Below, piece by piece: positions 30,143 through 40,817 of a stretch of DNA of 64,000 bases; the stretch's first letter is position 1; each line of letters opens with the position of its first letter. Under the pieces are notes generated by a model. The model saw only the letters and a list, made by a program, of their open reading frames with translations. It had not been told where the DNA came from and did not search any database. Source of the DNA: Deltaproteobacteria bacterium (GTDB lineage: Bacteria > Myxococcota > Kuafuiibacteriia > Kuafuiibacteriales > Kuafuiibacteriaceae); NCBI GenBank assembly GCA_040218735.1, contig JAVJQW010000022.1, forward strand, positions 128,001-192,000, read 5' to 3'. The translations under genes and the position numbers were made by a program.

Positions 30143-32140
30143 TCAAAGGTACTTGTCCAACCATCGGAACATCTCGCCGTACCAGAAGACGTAGTTGTGT
30201 GATTTCAGCACCCAGTGCCCTTCGTCCGGGAAGTAGACGAAGCGGGCCGGGACGCCCTGGGTCCTCAGGGCCGTGAACATCTGCTGGCCCTGCGAGAGGT
30301 GCACCCGGTAGTCCAGCTGGCCGTGGATCACGAGCGTCGGGGTCTTGGCGTGCTGGATGAACCGGTGCGGCGACCACTTGTCGTAGAGGTCCCGCGACCG
30401 ATGGGGCGGCCCGCCGAACTCCCACTCGGGGAACCACAGCTCCTCGGTGTCCCCCCAGAACGACTCCAGGTTGTAGACCCCGGCGTGTGAGATCAGACAC
30501 GCGAAGCGGTCCGTGTGCCCCGCGATCCAGTTCACCAGGTACCCGCCGTACGACGCTCCCCCGGCGCAGGTCGCCTTGGGCTTGATGAACTTGTTGGCCT
30601 CGACGGCGTCCGTGTACGCGAGGACGTCCGCGTACGGTCCCCCGCCCCAGTTCTTCGTCACCGCGTCGACGTAGGCCTGCCCGTAGCCGACCGACCCCCG
30701 CGGGTTCGGCATCGCCACCACGTACCCCTGAGCCGCGAACAGCTGCGGGTTCCAGCGCGGGTGCCACTGGCTGATCCAGGCCCCCTGCGGGCCCCCGTGG
30801 ATCAGCATGAAGAGCGGGTAACGACGCTTCGGGTTGAATCCGGGCGGCGTGAGGACGAACCCGTGGACCTTCGTCCCGTCGTTCGCCGTCGCGACCTTCT
30901 CCTGCGCGCGGCCGAGGAAGTAGTGCTCGACGAAGCTGCGGTTGAGCGAGGTGATCGGCGTGGCCTTCTTCGTCCGCGGGTCCCAGCGCCAGACTTCGGG
31001 GGGCGCCTCGAACGTCGTCGCGACGAACACCACCTCGCCGTTCGGCCCCGCCGACGGGTACTTCACGGAGCGGTCGCCCACGATGCGCTCCGCCGCGCCC
31101 GACGCGCGGGGCAGGCGGAAGAGCGCCTTGAAGCCGCGGTCGTACGCCGTCACGAACAGGGTGTCCTCCCCCGACCACACGATGTCGCGCACGCCGCGGT
31201 CCCAGTCCTTCGTCCGCGCGACGGTCTTCTTGGTCTCGCGGTCGTAGATGTGCAGCACCGGCCGGTCCGCCTCGAACCCGGGCCGCGCGAAGGCGGTGTA
31301 CGCGACGTAGCGTCCCGACGGCGACGCCACCGGGTTCGCGTCCCACGCTGGGTTGTCGGTGAGCTTCGCGGGGCGCCCGGAGAAGAGGCGTTTTTCGTAC
31401 AGGTCGTTGTTGGTCGACCGCGCGCGGTCCTCGCCCTGGTGCCGGGCGAACACCACGCTGTCCTTCGTGAGCGTCCAGCCGGCGCCCGCGTTCAGGACGT
31501 CCGTCGGGACCGCGAGAGGCCCCGGGGTCAGGTCCTTGGGGGCCGCGCTCTTGTCGACGGGCACCACGAACAGGTGCGATCGCGTGCCTTCGTCCCATCC
31601 GGACCAGTGACGGTACAGGAGGTCGTCGTAGACCCGCGCCTTCACCGGGTCGTCCGCCTTCTTCTTCTCGGCGGCCGCGTGGCACTCGGCGTCGCGGCAG
31701 GCCGGGTCGATCTGGCCGACGAACACGATGAACCGCCCGTCGGCCGTGAAGCGGGGCTCCGCGATGCCCGGCCCGAAGGTGAACAGCACCGTCGGCTCGC
31801 CGACCTGACCGACCTCGAACACCATCAGCGCCGCTTCGCCGTCCGACTTCCCGACGAACGCGAGGCGGCGCCCGTCCGGCGACCACGTCGGGCTGTGACC
31901 GCCCGAGCGGGTGATTGCCCGCGGCGCGCCGTCGTTGGCCGGCATCAGGTAGAGCTGGGTGTCGGAGGCCTTCGTGGGGTGTTTGTCGGTGATCGCGAGC
32001 GCGACCCAGCGCCCGTCGGGCGACAGCGCGGGGGCCCCCGGCCAGCGGACTTCGAGGGAGGCCTCGGGGGTGAGCGGCTTCTTCGCGAGCGCGGGGGTGC
32101 AGACGAACGAGAGCGCGAGCGCGAGCATCCAACGGGTCAT
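30143..32140 (-). CDS. S9 family peptidase (dipeptidyl aminopeptidase/acylaminoacyl peptidase)
   Basis: Signal peptide, SPDG propeller repeats, IHGGP, GASYGG nucleophile, DYRV, DEGH. Confidence 0.95.
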   Translation of the reverse strand: MTRWMLALALSFVCTPALAKKPLTPEASLEVRWPGAPALSPDGRWVALAITDKHPTKASDTQLYLMPANDGAPRAITRSGGHSPTWSPDGRRLAFVGKSDGEAALMVFEVGQVGEPTVLFTFGPGIAEPRFTADGRFIVFVGQIDPACRDAECHAAAEKKKADDPVKARVYDDLLYRHWSGWDEGTRSHLFVVPVDKSAAPKDLTPGPLAVPTDVLNAGAGWTLTKDSVVFARHQGEDRARSTNNDLYEKRLFSGRPAKLTDNPAWDANPVASPSGRYVAYTAFARPGFEADRPVLHIYDRETKKTVARTKDWDRGVRDIVWSGEDTLFVTAYDRGFKALFRLPRASGAAERIVGDRSVKYPSAGPNGEVVFVATTFEAPPEVWRWDPRTKKATPITSLNRSFVEHYFLGRAQEKVATANDGTKVHGFVLTPPGFNPKRRYPLFMLIHGGPQGAWISQWHPRWNPQLFAAQGYVVAMPNPRGSVGYGQAYVDAVTKNWGGGPYADVLAYTDAVEANKFIKPKATCAGGASYGGYLVNWIAGHTDRFACLISHAGVYNLESFWGDTEELWFPEWEFGGPPHRSRDLYDKWSPHRFIQHAKTPTLVIHGQLDYRVHLSQGQQMFTALRTQGVPARFVYFPDEGHWVLKSHNYVFWYGEMFRWLDKYL

Positions 32141-32253
32141 GACGGCGGCAGGTGTATCAGGCTCGGTCGGCGATGCGTAGGTGAGCGGTGTGATCGCCCG
32201 AACGCCGCCCGGAGAACTGTACGGGCGGCGCGCGTGCGTGCGATGTTCGACGC

Positions 32254-33600
32254 GTGCGCATAGCCGCGATGTTGCTGGTGCTCCTCTTCGCCGTGCCCGC
32301 CCAGGCCGCCGGCTCGGGGACGCTCCTGGACTTCGTGAAGGGTCGCAACGATCTGTCGAAGCGCGAGCGCGCGCGCTGGACCCGCGCGGTGAAGCTCCGC
32401 TTCGGGGGCGCCGCGCTCAACGACGAGGCCGAGGACCGCCCGGAGATCGGGGTCGCGAAGGCCATCCTCTCCGCGGCGATCTTCATGGGCGTGAAGCCGA
32501 AGAAGGCCGTCGACGCCGCGTGGGAGGGCTGGCGCGGGGCGCTCGGTTACGTCCCGCCGCCGATCGCCATTCACTACGAGATCCTGACCCTCCAGGGGCG
32601 CAAACCCCGGGGGCGGGCCATCGACCTCGCGTTCAAGTTCCCGGACTACTACAACGAGGAGATCGCGCCGGAGCTGGTCGCGTACTGGGAGGAGAACCTC
32701 GCCGCCGGGAAGATCCCCGATGCGGCCCTCGAAGAGACCAAGGAGGCCCTCGTCGCCACCCGCATCAAGATGCGGCCTCTCCTCCTGGACAAGCTCCGGC
32801 TGATGGCGGCGCTCGCCCGTGAGCTGGAGACCGCCGACGGCGCGCGCCGCGCCGAGATCGAGAAGGACCTCGGCGAGCTCGACGACGAGCTGAAGCGCGC
32901 CTTCTCCCGCGTCGCCCGCCGCCCGGAGGTCCTGGACCGCCGCAAGAAGCCGTACGACCGCCTCCGCATCCAGCTGGAGGACATGGGGCTGAGGCCGACC
33001 CCCGAGGATCGCCTCCTCGACCCGCGCGCCGCGCCGCCGCCCCGCAAATCCGTCCCGCAGGTCACCGAGAAGCCCGTCGAGCGCGGCGACGACGGGACGG
33101 TGCTCGCGGAGCCCGACGAGGCGCCGCCCGCGGTGCTCCCCCCGCAGCCGCGGCCCGGCGATCGGGGCAAGTTCGAGGACATCGTCCCCGGGCGCACCCT
33201 CGCGGAGCTGGTGAAAGCCTACAAGCAGCGCCTGGAACGCGCGGTCCAGGGGTGGCTCGGGACCCCGTATCGGTGGGGGAACGGGACGCCGAAGGTGGGC
33301 ACCGACTGTTCGGGGTTCGTGCAGGCGCTGTTCGGCAACGTGTTCGAGATCCGGCTCCCGCGTGTCAGCCGCGATCAGTACCGGACGGGCCGGTCCGTCT
33401 CGCGGAAGGATCTTCGCCCCGGCGACCTCGTTTTCTTCGACACACGCGACGCTGGGCGTATAAATCACGTCGGCGTCTACGCCGGAAAAGGGATGTTTGC
33501 GCACGCCAGCTCGAGTCGTGGCGTGGTCTACGACAAGCTCGCGTCGCGTTACTTCGCGCGAGCCTACCGCGGCGCGCGTCGACTGCTCGCTTATCCGTGA
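32254..33600 (+). CDS. NlpC/P60 (C40) peptidoglycan endopeptidase with a long helical N-terminal region
   Basis: Signal peptide; LGTPYRWG, DCSGFV, LPRVS, PGDLVFF, HVGVY, FAHASSS. Confidence 0.92.
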   Translation: MRIAAMLLVLLFAVPAQAAGSGTLLDFVKGRNDLSKRERARWTRAVKLRFGGAALNDEAEDRPEIGVAKAILSAAIFMGVKPKKAVDAAWEGWRGALGYVPPPIAIHYEILTLQGRKPRGRAIDLAFKFPDYYNEEIAPELVAYWEENLAAGKIPDAALEETKEALVATRIKMRPLLLDKLRLMAALARELETADGARRAEIEKDLGELDDELKRAFSRVARRPEVLDRRKKPYDRLRIQLEDMGLRPTPEDRLLDPRAAPPPRKSVPQVTEKPVERGDDGTVLAEPDEAPPAVLPPQPRPGDRGKFEDIVPGRTLAELVKAYKQRLERAVQGWLGTPYRWGNGTPKVGTDCSGFVQALFGNVFEIRLPRVSRDQYRTGRSVSRKDLRPGDLVFFDTRDAGRINHVGVYAGKGMFAHASSSRGVVYDKLASRYFARAYRGARRLLAYP

Positions 33601-33621
33601 GGCGGCGGCGCACGAGGCAGC

Positions 33622-36600
33622 ATGACGGAGACTGGCGTTCGGCCCGAGCCCCTGGTGAAGCGGGGTTTGGTGCGCCGAGTCCTCAAGGGCATCGCCGTCA
33701 CGTTCGGCTTCTTGTTCATCTTCGCCGTCGGCTTCCTCTACTGGGCGTTCAAGACGGGGCGCGCCGTGGAGGCCGTGCGGCAGGAGATCGCGGTCGAGCT
33801 CGATCGGCGGTGCGGGGTCGAGGCGGAGTTCAGGAAGCTCACGCTCGACCCGCTCGCCCGGAAGATCAACCTCGAGCAGCTGTCGATGCGGCACAAGGGC
33901 GGCGACGAGATCGTCGCGGTCGAGGAGGCGATCGTCCGCCTGGATCTGCTGCCGCTGTTCTACGGGCGGCTGCAGCTCGACGCGATCGATCTGCTGCGTC
34001 CGCGCGCGCGCATCGCGTTCGTCGACGGCGTGCCGGTGAACCTGCCGGAGTGTGTGCGCCCGAAGGACGACACCGAGTCCGCGCCGATCGTGCTCGGCAT
34101 CTCGGGGCTGTCCGTCGAGGACGGTGAGGTGCAGCTCGCGGTCGACGACATCACGCAGATCGACGTCGCCGACCTCAACGTTCAGCTCAAGCCGGGCGTG
34201 TCGAGCGGCGTGGACCTGACGATGTCGATCGACGACGGCTCGGTGCAGGTCGGGACCGCGACGCACGCGCTGACGCGCGTTCGTTTGAATGGACACCTGG
34301 AAGGGCTCTTGTCGCGGCCGCGCGCGATCGTACTGGAGCAGCTCGCGGTGGGCATCGGTCGCGTCGACGCATCGGGGTCGGGGTCGATCGATCTTCTCGG
34401 ACCGGTCTACGAAGCAAAGCTGGGGCTCGAGCTCCCGCTCGACGCCATCGAGGACTTCGTGCCCGGCGTCCCGAAGATGAAGGGGGCGGCGCGGTTCGAC
34501 GTCGCCGTGGCGGGGACGTTCCTCGACCCTCGGGGTGCAGGCTCGGTGCGCGTGAAGGGCGCGAAGATCGACGCGTTCTCGCTCGGCGACACGCTGGAGG
34601 TCGACTTCTCCGCGGACCGACGCGGCGTGAAGATCAACGAAGTCGAAGTGCGCCTCGCGGACGGCGCGATCCGGGGGAAGGGCGGCATCAACTTCGACGA
34701 CCACTACTCGGCGTCCTTCGACACCACGCAGGCCGACGTCTCCCTCGCGCGGGTCTTCGAGTCCCTCGGTGTGACGGGGCCGTGGGTCGATCTGATCGGG
34801 AGCGGGACGACTCAGCTCTCCGGGACGCTGGACCCGGTCGTGCTCACCGGACCGTTCGAGTACGACGTCGTGAACGCACGTGTGTACGACGGCGCGTGGG
34901 ACCGGCCGGTGGTGTTCGGCAAACCTCGGGAGTCGATACCGCCCGAGAACCTGATGCTCGCGATCGACGCGGCGCACGCGACGGGGATCTGGCACTTCGG
35001 TCTGGACGGCGTGCGGCTGGAGGACATTAGGCTGACGTCGGGCGCGACGGAGGGGCACGCGGACGTCGCCGTGCGCTTCGGCGAGCAGGGCGGCGTGTCG
35101 ATCACCACGAACTTCCCGTCGTTCGACTTCGTCGACCTCGGTCCGATCGCGGGGCTCGCGTTCTCCGGGGTGGGGACGATGTCCGGCGAGCTGTCGGGGC
35201 CGTTCGAGGAGCTCGTCGGCGTCGGCGCGTTCGAGTTCGCGGACATCGAGATCGGCGGCATCCCGTTCGGCGGGGGGACCGGGACGGTGCGGTGGCACGA
35301 CATCGTGTCGCTCGACGTGAGCGGCATCCAGGGGCGCCTCGGCGAGTCGAGCTACGAGGGGCAGGTGCAGGTCACGCTGACCGACGACGTCCCGCTGAAC
35401 ATCTTCGGCGAGGTCACGCGCGGTCGCATCGAGGACCTGTTGATACCGTTCGGCGTCGACGGCCGGGAGTGGGGCGACCCGACCGGGAAGATCGCCGCGA
35501 AGTTCGATCTCACGGGGCCCGTGACTGCGCTGACCGGCCCGATCGACATGCAGGTGGAGTCGGCCGCGATCGTCGGCGAGACGACGCAAGGTGGGCGGCT
35601 GATCGGGCGCATGGAACGCGGACGAGTGGTCGTCGACTCACTCCAGCTCAAGAAACACGAGGGGCGCATCTTCGGGAGCGGCTGGATCGACCCGAACCTC
35701 GGCAACCTGCAAGCGAACTTGCGCACCGCGGGCGCGAAGCTCCAGTCCATCGATTTGATTCGCACCACGCAGCCGAAGCTCGACGGTGACTTGGCGCTGA
35801 CCTTCGAGGTCGGCGGGTCGTTCATGGGCGTGACGGGCACGATCGCGGCGGACCTCGAAGAGGTCGCGGCCGGCCCCGTGAAGCTCGGGCGCGGGCGCTT
35901 CGACGGGAAGCTCCGCGGCGCGAACATGGAGTACGTCGCGTCGGCGCTCCGCGACCGCCTGAAGTCGACGGGCGTCATCGGCCTCGGCAGCGGCATCCCG
36001 TACACGGCGAAGATCACGTACACGGACGTCGCCGCACCGGACATCGTGAGCGGCCTGCAGGGCCACCGCGACTACCGCGGGACGACGACCGGCACCGCGG
36101 ACCTGTCTGGCTCGCTCGTCGACTGGCACCTGTCGAGCGGCAAGGTCTACCTCGAGAAGGGCGTGCTCGATCTCGACGGCGTGCACCTCGAGACCTCGGC
36201 GCCCGCGCGCTTCACGATGACCCGGGGCGTGCTCGAGACGAAGCGCCTCAGCATCACCGGTCCACGCACTCGCCTCACCGGCGAGGGGCGCTTCGGGTCG
36301 CAGGCGATCGACATGAAGGTGTCGGGCCGCATCGACCTCGCGATCGCGGAGCTGCTCAACGAAAACGTGGTGAAGGCGGGCGGCAACCTCCTCGTCGACG
36401 CGACGCTCGGCGGGCGCCCCGACGCGCTGACGCTGGTCGGCGCGGGCCGCATCGAGCGAGGTCTGCTGGAGTGGGCGGGCTTCGACAATCGCATCACCGC
36501 GATGACGGCGGACCTCACGTTCTCGCAGTCCACGATCCTGATCGAGCGCGCCGTCGGGCAGTGGGCGGGTGGCAAGATCGCGATGAACGGCAACGTGCTC

Positions 36601-37584
36601 CTGGAGAGCTACCTGCCGCGCCGCTTTACGCTGAACCTCAACCTCACGGACGTCGCGCCGCGCATGACCTACCCGACGCTGGACGTCTACGGCGTGCTGA
36701 CCGGCGCGGTGCAGATCTTCGGGACGCAGGACCGTATCAAGGTGCGCGGTGACCTCGACGTGCGCCGCGGGCGTGCGCGGCCGAAGATCGATCTGCAGAG
36801 CCTCGTTGGCTCGAACCGCATCGCCGATGTGTACGACCCGTCGCGGGAGGTCGTGGACCTCGACGTGCACTTCCACGCGAAGGACAACGTCCGCATCAAG
36901 AACGACGATGTCGATCTGGAGGCCACGGGTGACCTGCGGCTGACCGGCACCAACGAGCGCTACGGCATGCTCGGCACGGCGTCGCTGATCCAGGGCGGCC
37001 GCGTCGCGTTCATCGGACGCGAGTACACGATGGAGAGCGGCACGGTGACCTTCAAGGATCGCTACCGCTTCGACGTGGGTTACGACCTCATCATGAGCGC
37101 GCAGGCGTGCCAGGCGCGCATCCGCGTGAACCTCGTCGGCTCGTTCGAGGACGTGAGCACGACGTACTCCAGCAACCCGGAGATGGACGAACGCAACATC
37201 GTGTCGTGCCTGATCCGCGGCGTGAAGGTGACGGACCTCGACCGCGACCTCGCGTCGTTCGCGGGGAGCGCGCTGCTGAAGCTGTCGGGTGTGGACCGAC
37301 AGGTGAAGAAGGTGCTTCCGATCGATCAGATCGACGTGACCACCGAATACTCGTCCCAGGCGCGCGCGTACGAGCCGCGCGTGCTCGTCGCGAAGGACCT
37401 CTCGGTGCTCGATCGCCCCGCGCGCCTCGAGTACTCGAGCTCGCTCCTCAGGACGAACGACCAGCGCGCGGCGCTCCGCGTGCGGCTCACGCCGCGCCTC
37501 AACCTCCAGTTCGGTTGGACGTCCTCCGAGGACGTGCCCTACGGCGACTGGGGTCTCGACCTCAAGCAGCGCTGGGAGTGGTGA
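33622..37584 (+). CDS. tamB: Translocation/assembly module TamB (AsmA-like)
   Basis: N-terminal TM anchor, about 1300 aa of beta-rich Gly repeats, DUF490-like C-terminus; 4 bp upstream of an Omp85 gene. Confidence 0.85.
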   Translation: MTETGVRPEPLVKRGLVRRVLKGIAVTFGFLFIFAVGFLYWAFKTGRAVEAVRQEIAVELDRRCGVEAEFRKLTLDPLARKINLEQLSMRHKGGDEIVAVEEAIVRLDLLPLFYGRLQLDAIDLLRPRARIAFVDGVPVNLPECVRPKDDTESAPIVLGISGLSVEDGEVQLAVDDITQIDVADLNVQLKPGVSSGVDLTMSIDDGSVQVGTATHALTRVRLNGHLEGLLSRPRAIVLEQLAVGIGRVDASGSGSIDLLGPVYEAKLGLELPLDAIEDFVPGVPKMKGAARFDVAVAGTFLDPRGAGSVRVKGAKIDAFSLGDTLEVDFSADRRGVKINEVEVRLADGAIRGKGGINFDDHYSASFDTTQADVSLARVFESLGVTGPWVDLIGSGTTQLSGTLDPVVLTGPFEYDVVNARVYDGAWDRPVVFGKPRESIPPENLMLAIDAAHATGIWHFGLDGVRLEDIRLTSGATEGHADVAVRFGEQGGVSITTNFPSFDFVDLGPIAGLAFSGVGTMSGELSGPFEELVGVGAFEFADIEIGGIPFGGGTGTVRWHDIVSLDVSGIQGRLGESSYEGQVQVTLTDDVPLNIFGEVTRGRIEDLLIPFGVDGREWGDPTGKIAAKFDLTGPVTALTGPIDMQVESAAIVGETTQGGRLIGRMERGRVVVDSLQLKKHEGRIFGSGWIDPNLGNLQANLRTAGAKLQSIDLIRTTQPKLDGDLALTFEVGGSFMGVTGTIAADLEEVAAGPVKLGRGRFDGKLRGANMEYVASALRDRLKSTGVIGLGSGIPYTAKITYTDVAAPDIVSGLQGHRDYRGTTTGTADLSGSLVDWHLSSGKVYLEKGVLDLDGVHLETSAPARFTMTRGVLETKRLSITGPRTRLTGEGRFGSQAIDMKVSGRIDLAIAELLNENVVKAGGNLLVDATLGGRPDALTLVGAGRIERGLLEWAGFDNRITAMTADLTFSQSTILIERAVGQWAGGKIAMNGNVLLESYLPRRFTLNLNLTDVAPRMTYPTLDVYGVLTGAVQIFGTQDRIKVRGDLDVRRGRARPKIDLQSLVGSNRIADVYDPSREVVDLDVHFHAKDNVRIKNDDVDLEATGDLRLTGTNERYGMLGTASLIQGGRVAFIGREYTMESGTVTFKDRYRFDVGYDLIMSAQACQARIRVNLVGSFEDVSTTYSSNPEMDERNIVSCLIRGVKVTDLDRDLASFAGSALLKLSGVDRQVKKVLPIDQIDVTTEYSSQARAYEPRVLVAKDLSVLDRPARLEYSSSLLRTNDQRAALRVRLTPRLNLQFGWTSSEDVPYGDWGLDLKQRWEW

Positions 37585-37588
37585 GCTG

Positions 37589-40500
37589 ATGGGTCTCGGC
37601 ATCGCGGCGTTGGTCGCGCTCACCGTCGCGCAGTCGCCGGCACCGGAGCCCGAGCGCATCACGGGGCTGGTGATCGATCGCGTGACGTTCGAGGCGGCGC
37701 CGACCGAGGACATCGACGACCTCCGTCAGCTCGCGGGGCTCGTGGAGGGGGAGGCCTTCTCACCGTCGGCGGTTCGCCGCGCGGTGAAGGTGTTGTTCCG
37801 GGTCGGTCGCTTCGAGAACGTGCTGGTGTACGCGACGCGCGACGACAATCGCGTGCGGGTTCGCGTGGTGCTGCCGCCGCGCGGCATCGTGCGTGCGCTG
37901 GAGGTGATCGCGAGCGAGGAGCTGACGCAGGAGGAGATCGAGGAGGCGATGGGGGCGACGGCCGACAGCCCGATCGATCCGCGTCGGTTCCCGCAGATGC
38001 GCGACGCGCTGGAGGAGGTGCTGCGCGACCGAGGTTTTCGGCAGGCCGCGGTGGGGTTGGCGTTCGAGCCGGCCGACGACAGCGGTGGGCTTCGCGTCCT
38101 GGTGCGCATCGACGAGGGGCCGCAGACGGTCGTGCGAGCGATCGCCCTGAACGGAGAGACGAAGCTGCCGCGGTGGGAGGTCGAGCGACGGCTCGGCGTT
38201 CGGCCCGGGGACGTCGTGGACCTCCGCGAGATTCGCGCGGCGCTCGAGAAGCTGACGCAAGACTACAAGCGGGCGGGCTTCTGGGACGCGCAGATCGCGT
38301 TGACGGACGTGGTGGCGAAGCGCGCGACGCGTGAGGGCTCGCCGCTGGCGGACGTGGTGTTCACCGTGGCGCCCGGGCCGGCGGTGAAGGTCGAGCTGGT
38401 CGGCAACGCGGTGATGCCGACGCGGATGCTGGAGCAGGACACGGTGCCGTTGGTGTCGCTGGGGACGGGGCCTTCGATCGTCGCGGAGGTGAAAGAGCGG
38501 ATCGTCAATCGCTACCACCGGCGCGGACACTTCGCGGCGCGAGTGCGCGAGCGGGTGACGACTTCGCCGGACGACAAGCAGCGTACCGTCGCGTTCTTGA
38601 TCCACGAGGGGCCGGTGGGCCGGGTGGGACGCTTGGCGTTCCCCGGCAACACGGAGGTGGACCGGGAGACGCTGGAGCGTCAGGTGGAGGACCTCGTGTC
38701 GAACGCGATGGCCGACGAGCTGAGTCGGCCGGGTGCGGATCCGGCGGAGGTCTCGGCGCTGTTCGGGGACCACTCCACGCAGCGCCCGCGGACGCCGGCG
38801 CAGCCGGACAGCACGGCGCCGAAGCCGGACCGGCTGTACATCGCGCGGGCGTACCAGCAGGCGGGTGACGTCATCGCGGACATGTATCGCGCGCGTGGTT
38901 ACCAGACGGTGAAGGTCGCGGAGCCGGACGTGCGACCGCGCAAGAACCCGACGCTGTTGGACGTGTCGATCGCGATCGAGCCGGGGATGAAGTGGACGAT
39001 CGGGGCGCTGTCGTTCTCGGGGAACGACGCGGTGACGGCGGGTGCGTTGTTCGAGCTGTCCGGGATGGATCCGACGGTGGTCGGTGGGACGGCGGTTTCG
39101 TTCGATCAGGTGGAGGAGGCGCGCCGGGCGATCCTCACGAAGTACCGGAACGACGGCTATCTGTACGCGTCGGTGTCCGAGAGCCTGCGTCAGGTGCCAC
39201 CGCGGGGTTCGTTGGGGAGCTTCGGGTTCGTCGACACATCCACGAGCGCGCCGCTGGACGTGCGCGCGGTGTGTCAGCGCGCCGAGGAGGCGGGCGAGGA
39301 CACGTGTCCGGTGGAGCTGGTGTTCCGGATCGACGAGGGGCCGCAGGTGAAGACGCGCGAGGTGATCGTGCGCGGGGTGAACATCACGCAGGGCGGGGTG
39401 GTGCGGAGTGAGTTGCTCGTGAAGGACGGGAAGATCCTGAGCGAGGACGACATGGTTCGCACGCGCGACAACCTGTTGCGGGTCGGGGTGTTCGAGCGGG
39501 TGACGGTGAGTCCGTTGGACGAGGATCAGGTGGCGTCGGAGAAGGACGTGATCGTCGATGTTCGCGAGCGGAAGAACTACTCGCTGGAGCTCGGGATTGG
39601 TGCGTCGACGGAGGAGGGCGTGCGCGCGTTTGCGGGGTTCGGTGACTCGAACCTCGGCGGGAGCGCGTTGCGGCTTCAGCTCCTCGGCAAGGTGAACGTT
39701 TGGTTGCCGCAGCTGTTGGTGCTGTACGACTCACAAATCCGTGAGCGGATTCAGTCGTTCTACAATGACTTCTCGACGTTCGAGCGCATGGAGTACGAGG
39801 TCGCGGCGGGGTTGAGTTACCCGCGCATCTTCGGGTTGCCGCCGGGGTTCACCGCGGGGCTCGATGTCATCGCGTTGCGCGACTACGATCCGGCGTTCGC
39901 GGAGAACACGCAGAAGATCACGTTGATCGGAAACTACAAGGGGTGGCGCCCGGTGGTGGCGGATGCGCCGCGCCCGGTGGCGATTCAGGTGCGCACCGAC
40001 TTCGAGCGTGCGGACCTGGACTGTAACAACGACCTGGATCGTCCGGAGCTGTGCAGCACGGAGCTGTTCGATCCGAACCGGCCGCGCGTCGAGGGTTCGA
40101 ACATCTACATCTCGGCGGGGCCGTCGGTGAGTTGGGATTTGAGGGACGAACCGCTGAACCCGTCGGCGGGGGCTTATCTGGAGGTCTCCGGAAATTACGC
40201 GAAGGGGTTGGATTCGAACTCACCCGACCACGTGACGGTGGAGGGTCGGGCGAACGTCTATCTGCCGGCGCCGTACATGCGGGGGGTGGTGTTGGCGGTG
40301 TCGTTGCTCGGCGGGAAGATCTTCCCGATCAGCAGCGACGAGGTGCCCGTCAACCGCCGCTTCTTCGCGGGCGGCCGGCGCACGGTGCGTGGGTATCCGG
40401 AGAAGACGCTGCTGCCGCAGGACACGACGCTCGACGCGGACGGCGTGCCGACCGTGACGATCTCCCCCGGCGGTAAGTTGATGCTCGCGCTGAAGTCCGA

Positions 40501-40777
40501 GGTGCGCATCGCGCTGTTCGGCCCGCTGTCGATGGCGATGTTCTACGACGTGGGTGACCTGTGGTTCGACGGTAACTTCTCGCTGTCGACGGAGCAGACG
40601 ATCGGCCCCGCGGACGCGCCGCGCACGGCGACACGAACCCTGGCGCAGGGGATCGGGCTCGGCGTGCGCGTCGCGACGCCGATCGGACCGCTGGCGGTGG
40701 ACTTCGCGGTGCCGCTGAACCAGCGCGACCCGGGCGCCACGGACCCGCAGCTGCACTTCGCGGTGGGGACGTTCTGA
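37589..40777 (+). CDS. Omp85-family (TamA/BamA) outer membrane protein with multiple POTRA domains
   Basis: Repeated POTRA motifs (Y..AGFWDA, RIDEGP), RFFAGG..TVRGY, TPIGPLAVD, terminal Phe. Confidence 0.9.
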   Translation: MGLGIAALVALTVAQSPAPEPERITGLVIDRVTFEAAPTEDIDDLRQLAGLVEGEAFSPSAVRRAVKVLFRVGRFENVLVYATRDDNRVRVRVVLPPRGIVRALEVIASEELTQEEIEEAMGATADSPIDPRRFPQMRDALEEVLRDRGFRQAAVGLAFEPADDSGGLRVLVRIDEGPQTVVRAIALNGETKLPRWEVERRLGVRPGDVVDLREIRAALEKLTQDYKRAGFWDAQIALTDVVAKRATREGSPLADVVFTVAPGPAVKVELVGNAVMPTRMLEQDTVPLVSLGTGPSIVAEVKERIVNRYHRRGHFAARVRERVTTSPDDKQRTVAFLIHEGPVGRVGRLAFPGNTEVDRETLERQVEDLVSNAMADELSRPGADPAEVSALFGDHSTQRPRTPAQPDSTAPKPDRLYIARAYQQAGDVIADMYRARGYQTVKVAEPDVRPRKNPTLLDVSIAIEPGMKWTIGALSFSGNDAVTAGALFELSGMDPTVVGGTAVSFDQVEEARRAILTKYRNDGYLYASVSESLRQVPPRGSLGSFGFVDTSTSAPLDVRAVCQRAEEAGEDTCPVELVFRIDEGPQVKTREVIVRGVNITQGGVVRSELLVKDGKILSEDDMVRTRDNLLRVGVFERVTVSPLDEDQVASEKDVIVDVRERKNYSLELGIGASTEEGVRAFAGFGDSNLGGSALRLQLLGKVNVWLPQLLVLYDSQIRERIQSFYNDFSTFERMEYEVAAGLSYPRIFGLPPGFTAGLDVIALRDYDPAFAENTQKITLIGNYKGWRPVVADAPRPVAIQVRTDFERADLDCNNDLDRPELCSTELFDPNRPRVEGSNIYISAGPSVSWDLRDEPLNPSAGAYLEVSGNYAKGLDSNSPDHVTVEGRANVYLPAPYMRGVVLAVSLLGGKIFPISSDEVPVNRRFFAGGRRTVRGYPEKTLLPQDTTLDADGVPTVTISPGGKLMLALKSEVRIALFGPLSMAMFYDVGDLWFDGNFSLSTEQTIGPADAPRTATRTLAQGIGLGVRVATPIGPLAVDFAVPLNQRDPGATDPQLHFAVGTF

Positions 40778-40779
40778 GG

Positions 40780-40804
40780 CGGCCCGCCCGTGACGGGCGG
40801 GCCG
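40780..40804. terminator. Hairpin between convergent genes
   Basis: CGGCCCGCCCG-TGA-CGGGCGGGCCG perfect inverted repeat just after the Omp85 stop. Confidence 0.65.
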
Positions 40805-40817
40805 GGACGAGGCGGGG

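Noticed and set aside
32137-35589. 1150-aa minus-strand ORF and similar long ORFs (e.g. 188-1615, 3971-5560, 10562-12445, 30515-32263, 35638-37713, 53605-55242)
   Set aside because: Antisense or off-frame shadows of well-supported genes in high-GC DNA; Arg/Ala/Gly-rich with no motifs.
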